Of a DNA stretch of 64,000 nucleotides, positions 55,713 to 64,000 are shown piece by piece. The number at the start of each line of letters is the position of its first letter. The first letter of the stretch is position 1. Under the pieces are notes generated by a model that was not told the DNA's origin, searched no databases, and was given only the letters and a program-made list of their open reading frames with translations. Source of the stretch: a virus; IMG/VR virus record IMGVR_UViG_3300045988_102744, one strand, 5' to 3'. A program made the position numbers and the translations under genes.

Positions 55713-55856
55713 AATTATCTTCTTTTAAAATGTTCAATAATTTCATCTACCGTAGCCTTACGCCATGTGATACAGCCCGCGTCTCCCCTGAACCGGAGCT
55801 CTTCGCACTTTACCCACCTGTCTCCTGTGGCGTCCGTCACTATCAGCCATTATAAC

Positions 55857-56666
55857 CTATTCTTCTAAGCCATTCTCTATCATGACTTCCTTTATCAATT
55901 CATCTGTCTCCTCGTAACATCCCCAGCAAGAATCAACCTCTTCCCATTCTTCACAATCTTCATCCTCCCTTGATTCGTCTTTGTATTTCTTGGTAAATGC
56001 TACCTTCTTTTCAAGAACGTACCCTTTTACATCTCCCCACATCCACATACCTATGGACTTTACTTCATTATCTATAATTTTGACACAATCTTCTCTCCAA
56101 TCTCCTTCTTTGTCGCAGACTTCATTATCATATTTTTCTTTTGTGGCGTATGCTATCCCTTTTATATAATCACCTTGGCTATAACCCCTTGTTGACCACT
56201 CTATGGCCACCACATCTTTTCCGTATTTGGATATGATATCTAACAAATCTTCGTCATCCAGATCCTCTATTAATTCTCCTCTGTAATCAAAGTCCTTCAA
56301 ATCACTTGGAAAAAACTCTTGACCTATATATGGACTTGTCTTATGCTTCAACTCCCATACATTGCCACCTCTGTTGTATGTGAATGAGATCCCATTCGCT
56401 TCCCCTTTCTTTAAATATTTTACAATGTCTTTCTGTTCTATATGCTTCATTACAATAGCATCAATAACATCTCTAAGATTATGCTTGTTATCGTAGAAGA
56501 AAATTTTCCAATTGCATTCATCATGCAATCGATGCGTATCAGAGTATTCAAAGAAGAATGACCCAAACAAACCCCAATTAGTTATAGGGCATTCTGAATC
56601 ACGGCAATAATACACTTTAATGCGATAATCGCCTACTTCTTTTGTTGTAATAAGGTTGTCTTCCAT
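55857..56666 (-). CDS. hypothetical 269-aa acidic protein
   Basis: ORF track. Confidence 0.55.
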   Translation of the reverse strand: MEDNLITTKEVGDYRIKVYYCRDSECPITNWGLFGSFFFEYSDTHRLHDECNWKIFFYDNKHNLRDVIDAIVMKHIEQKDIVKYLKKGEANGISFTYNRGGNVWELKHKTSPYIGQEFFPSDLKDFDYRGELIEDLDDEDLLDIISKYGKDVVAIEWSTRGYSQGDYIKGIAYATKEKYDNEVCDKEGDWREDCVKIIDNEVKSIGMWMWGDVKGYVLEKKVAFTKKYKDESREDEDCEEWEEVDSCWGCYEETDELIKEVMIENGLEE

Positions 56667-56677
56667 GTCTTTATATT

Positions 56678-57130
56678 TTAAATAGTTCTTAACTTTTTAT
56701 CAATAAATTCATCTATTTCATCATAGTATGATCCATCAAAATCACAATTCCCATATTTCTCTGTAAACTCTTTAGCCCACTCTCGAATGATGTTAAATGC
56801 CTCTTCCCTGCTACATTCTTTTAGTCCTGGTAGATACTCCACGGCTTCCGCCGATAGCTCTTGCAGATTTCGTAAATAATTCAAATCTATGCTATATGGC
56901 AGCTTACCTACTTCTATACATACATAATGACCCTGTTTAAAGGCATCCTGTAAATCTTCCAAACTTTCTATCAATGACTCGGACTCATCATCTACCCTCA
57001 CCTTGTATAACTCAAAATCTTCATTTTCTGCCGACACCCATATCTTGTAGGCTTTTTCGTTGGACAATCTTTTCCAAACAAATCCGTCACTGAATACAAT
57101 TAGGCTACCTGTTACTATCGTTCCTTTCAT
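56678..57130 (-). CDS. hypothetical 150-aa protein
   Basis: ORF track. Confidence 0.5.
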   Translation of the reverse strand: MKGTIVTGSLIVFSDGFVWKRLSNEKAYKIWVSAENEDFELYKVRVDDESESLIESLEDLQDAFKQGHYVCIEVGKLPYSIDLNYLRNLQELSAEAVEYLPGLKECSREEAFNIIREWAKEFTEKYGNCDFDGSYYDEIDEFIDKKLRTI

Positions 57131-57456
57131 TTTTCTTCCTCCTCATTATCCCATCCTAAACAAGAATCTAAATGTGAAATAAAAATTGTAGCTCCCTTAT
57201 TTTCTTCTACAGTAGGATACTCTACCTCATAATAGTCAAATTCAGAGCTCTCTAATCCGACCCTATCTTCACCCCATCCATTTTTGGTTCCATCCTCTGC
57301 CATTTCTTTAAGCTTTTCCAAAGCCTCTTCTGGTGTTTCTGCTTCAATGGATAATCTATCTTTCATCCATCCATAAACCCTTCTTTCTACTTCAAATATA
57401 AATTCTTTCATTTCGCTATTTTTTTTTTGTTTATTATATTTCACATCTTGTATCAA
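57127..57456 (-). CDS. hypothetical 109-aa acidic protein
   Basis: ORF track; ATGA overlap. Confidence 0.5.
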   Translation of the reverse strand: MIQDVKYNKQKKNSEMKEFIFEVERRVYGWMKDRLSIEAETPEEALEKLKEMAEDGTKNGWGEDRVGLESSEFDYYEVEYPTVEENKGATIFISHLDSCLGWDNEEEEK

Positions 57457-57773
57457 ACAACCTCCTTGGAAGCATTATTTAATGGTGATTCCTTCAATCT
57501 CTTTAGATTAAATCCTATCATATTCCCACACTGTGGACACCTAAAACCATAAGGTTCACTAACCATCCTGTCACTTCTGTTGCACATCATACAGTATGGG
57601 CGCCATCCGTCATACCATGTCCCTCCCTTGGCTTCCTTCAATCTTCTCAACTTTTCTTTTTCTGGAAGATCTATATTCTGTTTTAGTGTTTCCATTAATC
57701 TGTTGTTTACCGTGATAATATCAATATCTGAGACATCAAAACATAATACGGCTATTTTGATTTTCGCTTCCAT
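57453..57773 (-). CDS. hypothetical 106-aa protein with C-terminal zinc ribbon (CMMC...CPQC)
   Basis: ORF track. Confidence 0.5.
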   Translation of the reverse strand: MEAKIKIAVLCFDVSDIDIITVNNRLMETLKQNIDLPEKEKLRRLKEAKGGTWYDGWRPYCMMCNRSDRMVSEPYGFRCPQCGNMIGFNLKRLKESPLNNASKEVV

Positions 57774-57778
57774 GATTG

Positions 57779-57958
57779 TTTATTGTTCTACATCAATAAT
57801 CCCATACTCTGCTACTTCCAACACATCCTGCACTATTTCCGGATAGTCAGTCGTATCTAACGAAGCATCTTGAACGTATGCTTCCGCTAATTTCTTGGCT
57901 TCTTCAAACGATTCGGCTTGTATATATAAATCAAGCGTCAATGAAAACGGATATAACA
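57779..57958 (-). CDS. small acidic protein (59 aa, MLYPFSLTLDLYIQAESFEEAKKLAEAYV...)
   Basis: ATG 57958 to TAA 57779-57781; exactly fills the 188-nt gap between neighbours; below track cutoff. Confidence 0.45.
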
Positions 57959-57961
57959 TAG

Positions 57962-58276
57962 CTAATCTGTTATTCTGTAATAATAATCAAGTTCTTCTCC
58001 CTTAAAGTTGTTCATGGCATACTCGTCAGCTTCCCGCCACAACCGGTCATACAATGCAGCCAGTTCACGATTGCTTTTATAATGTTGCCAGATTTTATGA
58101 TTCAATACCAGCGTCAATTCTGTAAAGAACTTATAATCGTCTTTCCATTCACTAAACGCACGTCTGTAAGTATCTTTGACACCTGCTATACCATACTTGT
58201 CGGCTATACTAAAATCCTCCCAAAAGGTAGTTATCGGGTCATAGCCGTACTCTTGCATAAATTCTTTAAATGTCAT
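57962..58276 (-). CDS. hypothetical 104-aa protein
   Basis: ORF track. Confidence 0.5.
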   Translation of the reverse strand: MTFKEFMQEYGYDPITTFWEDFSIADKYGIAGVKDTYRRAFSEWKDDYKFFTELTLVLNHKIWQHYKSNRELAALYDRLWREADEYAMNNFKGEELDYYYRITD

Positions 58277-58283
58277 ATACTAA

Positions 58284-58979
58284 CTATTTAAAGGCAATTC
58301 CATAATTACTCCAAAACTTTACTTGTTGAGACAGATTCCACGGCATAGTTTTATATGCTTGGAAATATTCCCACTCGATTTTATCCTCAAAGCCGGGACA
58401 ATGATGCTTGATGTAAGCATAAAATTCATCACGCTTCTGTTTTGCAAAATCATCATCTTCTTTATCCAGCATGACAATTTTTGGTTTGTTTGCCTCCCGA
58501 CATTGTTCTGCGGTCTGATAGAATCGCCGAAAGTGTTCGGCATAATACTCGTTTCCGCTATAATCAACGAAGGTAACTTTACCTCCATAAATTTTGCAAA
58601 CCCTTAAAGGTTCCCGTGTTGCTCTCTTTACCGGTCTTGAACCATCCCATAGCCAACCACAGAACTGTATGCCATCCCAGACAAGATACGGTAAGTATTT
58701 TAAAGAAAAAGACTCTATATTCAACACCTCATATTGTACAGGATTAGTTTCTTGTGCTGCATCTTCAGCGGTTTTGTATATGGGCATACTTACCTTAAAT
58801 TTTTCCTCTCCCAATTTGCTGCCAAACCAAAAGATATGTTCGGTATCCACGTTGTTTCCACAAATACCGGTATCTTTTATTCTCATGCCGCGATATTCTG
58901 CTTCACGAATCACTCCGTTTCTGTGCATAAATACCCTTGTTCCAAAGGGGAACGGGTAAACTGATACTTTTCTTTCCAT
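58284..58979 (-). CDS. hypothetical 231-aa protein
   Basis: ORF track. Confidence 0.55.
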   Translation of the reverse strand: MERKVSVYPFPFGTRVFMHRNGVIREAEYRGMRIKDTGICGNNVDTEHIFWFGSKLGEEKFKVSMPIYKTAEDAAQETNPVQYEVLNIESFSLKYLPYLVWDGIQFCGWLWDGSRPVKRATREPLRVCKIYGGKVTFVDYSGNEYYAEHFRRFYQTAEQCREANKPKIVMLDKEDDDFAKQKRDEFYAYIKHHCPGFEDKIEWEYFQAYKTMPWNLSQQVKFWSNYGIAFK

Positions 58980-59029
58980 ATTGTTTTATTTATAAATTAA
59001 AATTCAGCAATATAACTATATACATAATT

Positions 59030-59785
59030 TTATTTTCCCCAGCACCAAAAATTTACAGCGTATTTCCCGGTAGTTATAAATATCTTACCTCCTCCTATCT
59101 CCGCAAGTATGTTCTTTCCAAATATCCTTGTAAGAAGCGGTATGTACTTTGCATCTATAGGTAAATCCTGGATTTCTTTTATAGGTCTATATGGCACAAA
59201 CGCTTTGTTCTCATATACCATCTCAATATACAATCCATCCGGTGATTCAAACACGTCTTTCTTTTTCTGTCTCATCCCAGATCGTATTATCCGTTCTTTC
59301 CAAGATTGAATATATGATTTTCTATGGGTCTCATTTATCTTATTAATGACCTCTTCCTTAAATTCGTAATACTCATATATACGACCTTTGTAATCAGCTA
59401 TCATTTCTTCAATCTTGCTTTCGGATGCCCATAGCCCGCAATACACATAGCAATCCAATAATCTATCTACTGAAGAAACACCGATCAACATCATCTTAGA
59501 AAATGGATTCCCTTCTTTTTCCAATTCTTCCTTGGATCTGTCTGTCACCTCATCCCACCATTGTCCTTCACACTTCTCTACCTTTCCGTTGTCAAGTACG
59601 ATATCGAACTTTCTACCTCCGAAAGCTTCTCTTCTCTCATTCCTCTTTGCAAGGAAATCATAGAATATGCCTCCTATTCTTCCAATAATGGTATCATCTC
59701 CGTACTTTGTGCTAATTTTATCAGGCATTTCGTCGAAGACAAGAAACTTCGATTTTCCTGACTCTACTAAGTATAATAGCTTCAT
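59030..59785 (-). CDS. hypothetical 251-aa protein
   Basis: ORF track. Confidence 0.55.
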   Translation of the reverse strand: MKLLYLVESGKSKFLVFDEMPDKISTKYGDDTIIGRIGGIFYDFLAKRNERREAFGGRKFDIVLDNGKVEKCEGQWWDEVTDRSKEELEKEGNPFSKMMLIGVSSVDRLLDCYVYCGLWASESKIEEMIADYKGRIYEYYEFKEEVINKINETHRKSYIQSWKERIIRSGMRQKKKDVFESPDGLYIEMVYENKAFVPYRPIKEIQDLPIDAKYIPLLTRIFGKNILAEIGGGKIFITTGKYAVNFWCWGK

Positions 59786-59796
59786 GATTTATCTCT

Positions 59797-60276
59797 TTAG
59801 ATGTAAGTTATGCTGCCAACATTAATCTGCATTATATCATTTTCCAGCGTAATGAAATTATTTTGTTTTATGGGTCCAAACATCAATCCATATACACTTA
59901 CTGTATTAAACAGCCTAACAGTGTGAAAATCTTCATTTAGCTCTACCCTGTTTTTATCCCAATATCCCAAATCGTTGATAGTTGCCGGGAATCCTCCTAC
60001 GTCGTTATTCTTATAGTAATCGTTTTTATTGAAAATGATCCCCTTTATTAACAGGTTCCCGATGCTTTTCATGTTGAATCCGGACAACGCGATCTGCTCT
60101 GAGATATAACTAATCAAACAGTTATGATACGTGTTTGGCTTATCTCCTCTCTCGTTAATAATTTTCTTCCATTTCTTCGTTAATGGAACCCTAATATCCA
60201 TATATGTACCAAATACGACTATGTTAGGGCATTCTCCTTCAAACTTCGTTAAATCTTCTACTCTCATAATTAACAA
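59797..60276 (-). CDS. hypothetical 159-aa protein
   Basis: ORF track. Confidence 0.5.
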   Translation of the reverse strand: MLIMRVEDLTKFEGECPNIVVFGTYMDIRVPLTKKWKKIINERGDKPNTYHNCLISYISEQIALSGFNMKSIGNLLIKGIIFNKNDYYKNNDVGGFPATINDLGYWDKNRVELNEDFHTVRLFNTVSVYGLMFGPIKQNNFITLENDIMQINVGSITYI

Positions 60277-60369
60277 ACATTTGTATTGTTTTCGTCGTTC
60301 ACTATCTGACTAATATACGGTCCTGGCCACAGACAGCCAGGCCGACCTCATGGCAGGGCAGGCGCCACC

Positions 60370-60558
60370 TTACTCTGGCTGTTCTGCCCACTCTCTGTAC
60401 CCTACATTAAAACCAATAGGATCATACCTTTTGATCATAGTGCCATAATTCTCTCTACCGCAATACCTGTTCTTTCCTCCAATGATCCATGCCTCATCGT
60501 CTCTATCTGGAGATATTGAGTTAAGAAACTTCTCATAATCTTTTCTACTCTTTCCCAT
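60370..60558 (-). CDS. hypothetical 62-aa protein whose 3' end runs into a GC-rich structured element
   Basis: ORF track. Confidence 0.4.
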   Translation of the reverse strand: MGKSRKDYEKFLNSISPDRDDEAWIIGGKNRYCGRENYGTMIKRYDPIGFNVGYREWAEQPE

Positions 60559-60904
60559 CTTTGTCTTGATTTAAACAATAGTTAATAAAATAAGCAACCT
60601 GTTCATTTTCCCCTGTATTATCATAATCACCTAAAGTCATATCATCATAATCCAGCAGAACTATACGAAAATCGTTTTTTTTGACATACACCTCCGTTAA
60701 AAACATAGGAATCCCATTAATTTCTATTATCACCGGAAACTGATCATCAAAGTCAAACGTATTATTAGCTTCTCGCCATTCTTTAAATTTTAGCTTTATA
60801 CTTCCACCGTTCTCCGCTAATGCCTCTTTGATGTACTTTAATCTTTTTGCATTCAGATCAACCTCTGCTTTTTCTATTTCTTTGTACAATTCATTCAGAT
60901 CCAT
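60545..60904 (-). CDS. hypothetical 119-aa acidic protein
   Basis: ORF track. Confidence 0.5.
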   Translation of the reverse strand: MDLNELYKEIEKAEVDLNAKRLKYIKEALAENGGSIKLKFKEWREANNTFDFDDQFPVIIEINGIPMFLTEVYVKKNDFRIVLLDYDDMTLGDYDNTGENEQVAYFINYCLNQDKDGKE

Positions 60905-60991
60905 ATTCCACTATATTTATGTTGTCAAATTTTTCTTTTATAACATCCAAGGCGCCACGCTCGTTTGTTACCATAACATACTTTCCTGGCT

Positions 60992-61315
60992 TCATTCCTT
61001 TATTCTACTTATTTTTAAATTGTTGTTCTTACAGTATTCCTTTATCCAACTATCCGTTAGATAACGATTAACTCTATCGTATTTCTTTTTCGGACCCTTG
61101 CTCCAGAATTTCCATTCGTTTGTAATATCGTTCCCATATTTATCAAACCAGTAGATATAATACACTACGTTACCGTATAAATCCACTCTTTTTCTTTCCT
61201 GTATGACTACCTCGTAAGGCATCTCCCTGTCTCTTTTCTCCATCTTTATTCTCCTTTCTTGAATAAAAAAAACGACACCTATCTTCACAGACCAGTGCCG
61301 GCAACTAACTCGCAT
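60992..61315 (-). CDS. hypothetical 107-aa protein
   Basis: ORF track. Confidence 0.45.
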   Translation of the reverse strand: MRVSCRHWSVKIGVVFFIQERRIKMEKRDREMPYEVVIQERKRVDLYGNVVYYIYWFDKYGNDITNEWKFWSKGPKKKYDRVNRYLTDSWIKEYCKNNNLKISRIKE

Positions 61316-61320
61316 GGAAA

Positions 61321-61731
61321 CTACTTAACCTCAACTAATTCTACAGAGCTGTAGAATTTAGTGAAGCTACCAACAAATTCTCTTATATTTTTATATTCTT
61401 CTGGTCGTTTTCTGTTACCGTCTTTTATGTAATTTACCCACAGTCTATCCTCTATGCTCTTAATCGCATTCTCTATAGTAAATTCGTCGCTGACACACAT
61501 TAAGCACGAAGACCCGGTTTTCTTATGCGGTTTATACACCCTTGAAAAAGACCATATTTTTATCCTGTCGTATATATATCCGTTGTTTGGATAAACGAAC
61601 CCTATTCGACTGTCGCCTTCTTTAGCATAAAACACACCTGGCTCTTTCCCGCCTTTCTTATACACAATAAATCCTTTTTCTTTTAGGATCTTAACCACTT
61701 TATCTAATTTATTTTCTACGTTCATTTTCAT
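61321..61731 (-). CDS. hypothetical 136-aa protein
   Basis: ORF track. Confidence 0.5.
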   Translation of the reverse strand: MKMNVENKLDKVVKILKEKGFIVYKKGGKEPGVFYAKEGDSRIGFVYPNNGYIYDRIKIWSFSRVYKPHKKTGSSCLMCVSDEFTIENAIKSIEDRLWVNYIKDGNRKRPEEYKNIREFVGSFTKFYSSVELVEVK

Positions 61732-62182
61732 GCAAGTATTTAAAAACGACCCTCATTATAGTTGCGAAGTTCTCTACCTTAACCCACTCATGAGCTACTG
61801 CTCTAAGTACAGACGTTTCATATGTTGGGACATTGTCTTCTTCAATCACCTTACAAGAAGCCAGAACTCCTTCGGTCGGCTTTAGTCCACGGTCATGCAG
61901 CTCGCAGAGACCGTCCGGCTGGCGGAATGCGCACCACCCGCCCTCTTCTGCTGGCTGGATCATATCTATTGGTTTTTCTCTCACTGCAAGATACCCTACC
62001 ATCCACCTTGTTTCTTTTAACCTGTCAGCGTATCCGGCATCTATGATAGCCTCTATGTCTTTTGGCGTACCAATACAAGGAACCTCACACATGTTCTTGC
62101 ATTTATCACATGTACAAGGTTGCTCCCATCTGTTATGATCTATGCCTACCAACTTCTTTATCCGTTCTACTTCTTCTTTCAT
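61709..62182 (-). CDS. hypothetical 157-aa Cys-rich protein (CTCDKCKNMCEVPC ... C ... C)
   Basis: ORF track; Cys cluster suggests metal binding. Confidence 0.5.
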   Translation of the reverse strand: MKEEVERIKKLVGIDHNRWEQPCTCDKCKNMCEVPCIGTPKDIEAIIDAGYADRLKETRWMVGYLAVREKPIDMIQPAEEGGWCAFRQPDGLCELHDRGLKPTEGVLASCKVIEEDNVPTYETSVLRAVAHEWVKVENFATIMRVVFKYLHENERRK

Positions 62183-62183
62183 A

Positions 62184-62468
62184 TTATACTATCTCTGTTA
62201 GTTTTTCATAATACAACTTCATTTCCGGTGAAGCATATTCCATGAATGCTTCGAATAAGTGGGGTACCTCTATTATCATATTCACATTACAACCTTCTGC
62301 CTGTGAAAGCGATTCAAGATCATTGCTGTACGAACACGTTACATAAGCTCCTATATTAAACACATGTAAATCTAATCTTACATATTCCATACATAAATCT
62401 AACGCTTTAAACAAGTTCTCTACCTCAATCTCCTGAAATAGGTCTATAAACATCCTTAAATCTATCAT
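62184..62468 (-). CDS. hypothetical 94-aa protein
   Basis: ORF track. Confidence 0.45.
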   Translation of the reverse strand: MIDLRMFIDLFQEIEVENLFKALDLCMEYVRLDLHVFNIGAYVTCSYSNDLESLSQAEGCNVNMIIEVPHLFEAFMEYASPEMKLYYEKLTEIV

Positions 62469-62848
62469 TTTACCACCCTTTCCACGTGCTTAATTGATAC
62501 TACTGCCATCCCTTTACCGGTTTTTATCGCACATTCCGATCCTTTTATCCATTCTACACACCCTACATACTTTTCTGTAGAATGAAAACCTGGATTGTAT
62601 TTCCCAGATGTACTGAACTCTACCGTATCCCCTACCTTCAGATCCTCAAAAGCAATAGCCCATGTGGTCCAAATTCTATCATGCCTCCCAGGCTGAATGG
62701 CTCCTATTACGCCCTTCTTGCGACCGTTTTTTATTGCCTTTAGTATTATACTCCTATCACCTTCAACAAGGCTGCAAAAGCGCCCGTAAAAGGTCAAATC
62801 AACCTGTTTTCCTCCTATTTCTTCTCTTATTTTTGTTATTCTGTTCAT
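62465..62848 (-). CDS. hypothetical 127-aa protein, possible PUA/ASCH-like fold (ILKAIKNGRKK ... LKVGDTVEF)
   Basis: ORF track; weak ASCH-like pattern. Confidence 0.45.
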   Translation of the reverse strand: MNRITKIREEIGGKQVDLTFYGRFCSLVEGDRSIILKAIKNGRKKGVIGAIQPGRHDRIWTTWAIAFEDLKVGDTVEFSTSGKYNPGFHSTEKYVGCVEWIKGSECAIKTGKGMAVVSIKHVERVVK

Positions 62849-63092
62849 TTTCTGATTTTGTTTTATTTTTTTCTTTGTTTTTTCTATCTTCTATAGAAGA
62901 TGATAATAACATTATCTTTTCTATGTTACTTTTTGACTGTAAAAAAGAATCGCATTTCATTACTACTACCACCTTCTTAAGTTCCCCATTATCATACAGC
63001 GATACACGCATCATGTTTTGCACCTCGTCCACTATCAGACCTGGAGTAGTCTTAGCCATTTTGCGTAGCTTATTATACTCCGGTCTTTCCAT
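62799..63092 (-). CDS. hypothetical 97-aa protein with basic Lys/Asn-rich C-terminus
   Basis: ORF track. Confidence 0.4.
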   Translation of the reverse strand: MERPEYNKLRKMAKTTPGLIVDEVQNMMRVSLYDNGELKKVVVVMKCDSFLQSKSNIEKIMLLSSSIEDRKNKEKNKTKSENEQNNKNKRRNRRKTG

Positions 63093-63357
63093 TTCCTCTG
63101 TTTATTACTCTATAGTATTTATCCTTATCCCCTTCTTTCAACTTCTCCAGATAGAAAATTCCATCATGCAAATGAGACAAACAAAACCTGTATCCGTATT
63201 TCTGTACTCTTCTTACATGATCCCGCAGTCTTATCTCTTCACTTTTGTCTTGTACTTTGATTTTAATACTGTCTCCTTCTTTGATTGTGTATAAAATAGT
63301 TTGAATCTCTTCTTTTTTCATCTTATAAAATATTTTAACGGCAGCACCTATACTCAC
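63073..63357 (-). CDS. hypothetical 94-aa protein
   Basis: ORF track. Confidence 0.45.
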   Translation of the reverse strand: MSIGAAVKIFYKMKKEEIQTILYTIKEGDSIKIKVQDKSEEIRLRDHVRRVQKYGYRFCLSHLHDGIFYLEKLKEGDKDKYYRVINRGNGKTGV

Positions 63358-63384
63358 GCACCACTACTGCCTTATGTTTAACAA

Positions 63385-63978
63385 TTAAATACTTAACTCT
63401 TCAATGGTCAAGCCTTTTTCTTTTGCCCATTTTAACATCGAACATAATTCTGTTTCTGATTTATATTTCGGATCACGCCACGCCCATCCGAATTTATCCA
63501 GGACATGATGATATAATTCGTCGGCCTTTGCCGTGTAAATGTCTTTGAATAAATGCTCTGAACCTTCCGGTATAAGCATCTCTGTTGTTGCAAAATCAGA
63601 ATATGATAAACATTCGTAAGCATGTACTGTTATTTCACTCCACGCTTCTCCGGCTTTAAATCCAAATTCTTTTACAAAAGCCAAAGTTAGATACATATTT
63701 AATAATACTGTTACATCATATCCAGAATCCGACTTTCTTTCTATTATTTCCTTTTCAAATTCCTTTAAATCTTCAGGCCCTAAAAAGATGTATCCTGATA
63801 CCGACCGGTAATTAGTCTCCGCATACTTCTTGCATTTATCATCATTGACAATCTTACTAATGTTAGATAACATCTTTTGCCTCCATTCATCACAAAACTC
63901 TACCTCTACGTTCATCCAATCAGTACCATAATTATATTCTTTCGGATATCCGACCGATGTTACCTTTATACTATTCAC
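63385..63978 (-). CDS. hypothetical 197-aa protein
   Basis: ORF track. Confidence 0.5.
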   Translation of the reverse strand: MNSIKVTSVGYPKEYNYGTDWMNVEVEFCDEWRQKMLSNISKIVNDDKCKKYAETNYRSVSGYIFLGPEDLKEFEKEIIERKSDSGYDVTVLLNMYLTLAFVKEFGFKAGEAWSEITVHAYECLSYSDFATTEMLIPEGSEHLFKDIYTAKADELYHHVLDKFGWAWRDPKYKSETELCSMLKWAKEKGLTIEELSI

Positions 63979-64000
63979 GCCATATCCGTAAAGGCGTTCA

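Noticed and set aside
62662-63294. 210-aa + strand ORF spanning three minus-strand genes
   Set aside because: Low-complexity Leu/Phe/Ser-rich antisense frame in a strictly minus-strand block
1-64000. CRISPR array or integrase/att sites
   Set aside because: No regularly spaced direct repeats and no tyrosine/serine recombinase motifs detected in any ORF

Overview
The window reads as a 64-kb stretch of an AT-rich (about 35–40% GC by eye) double-stranded DNA phage or prophage. The host is probably a Bacteroidota bacterium, which is an inference from three things: a Bacteroides-type lipoprotein signal (LSSC), DUF1566 C-terminal domains, and TAnnTTTG -7 promoter-like motifs with no Shine-Dalgarno sequences. 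Gene layout is strictly bipartite. Positions 1–19,880 carry densely packed + strand genes, including a 2,140-aa giant protein, a Gly/Cys-rich membrane protein and other candidate virion proteins. They end at a perfect 15-bp convergent hairpin terminator (19,881–19,925). From 19,970 to the window end about 90 small-to-medium genes run on the – strand. The recognisable – strand genes include a replication set: an SF2 helicase, a Cas4/RecB-like nuclease, a DnaB-like helicase, a zinc-finger/TOPRIM primase and a second PD-(D/E)XK nuclease. Accessory genes include a stand-alone TnpB-family nuclease beside a Dnmt-like C5 methyltransferase, a phage-type Dam N6-adenine methyltransferase, a flotillin–NfeD–acyl-carrier-protein operon, a compact ABC-type ATPase, a nucleotidyltransferase-fold protein, ASCH/PUA-like proteins, a KilA-N-like protein and several zinc-ribbon proteins. 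Most other ORFs have no recognisable function. No tRNA, rRNA, CRISPR array or integrase could be supported. Several genes look broken at A/T homopolymers or at single in-frame stops. These may be sequencing errors, or real phase variation or recoding; the sequence alone cannot distinguish them. All functional calls are from reading motifs by eye; no database search was run.
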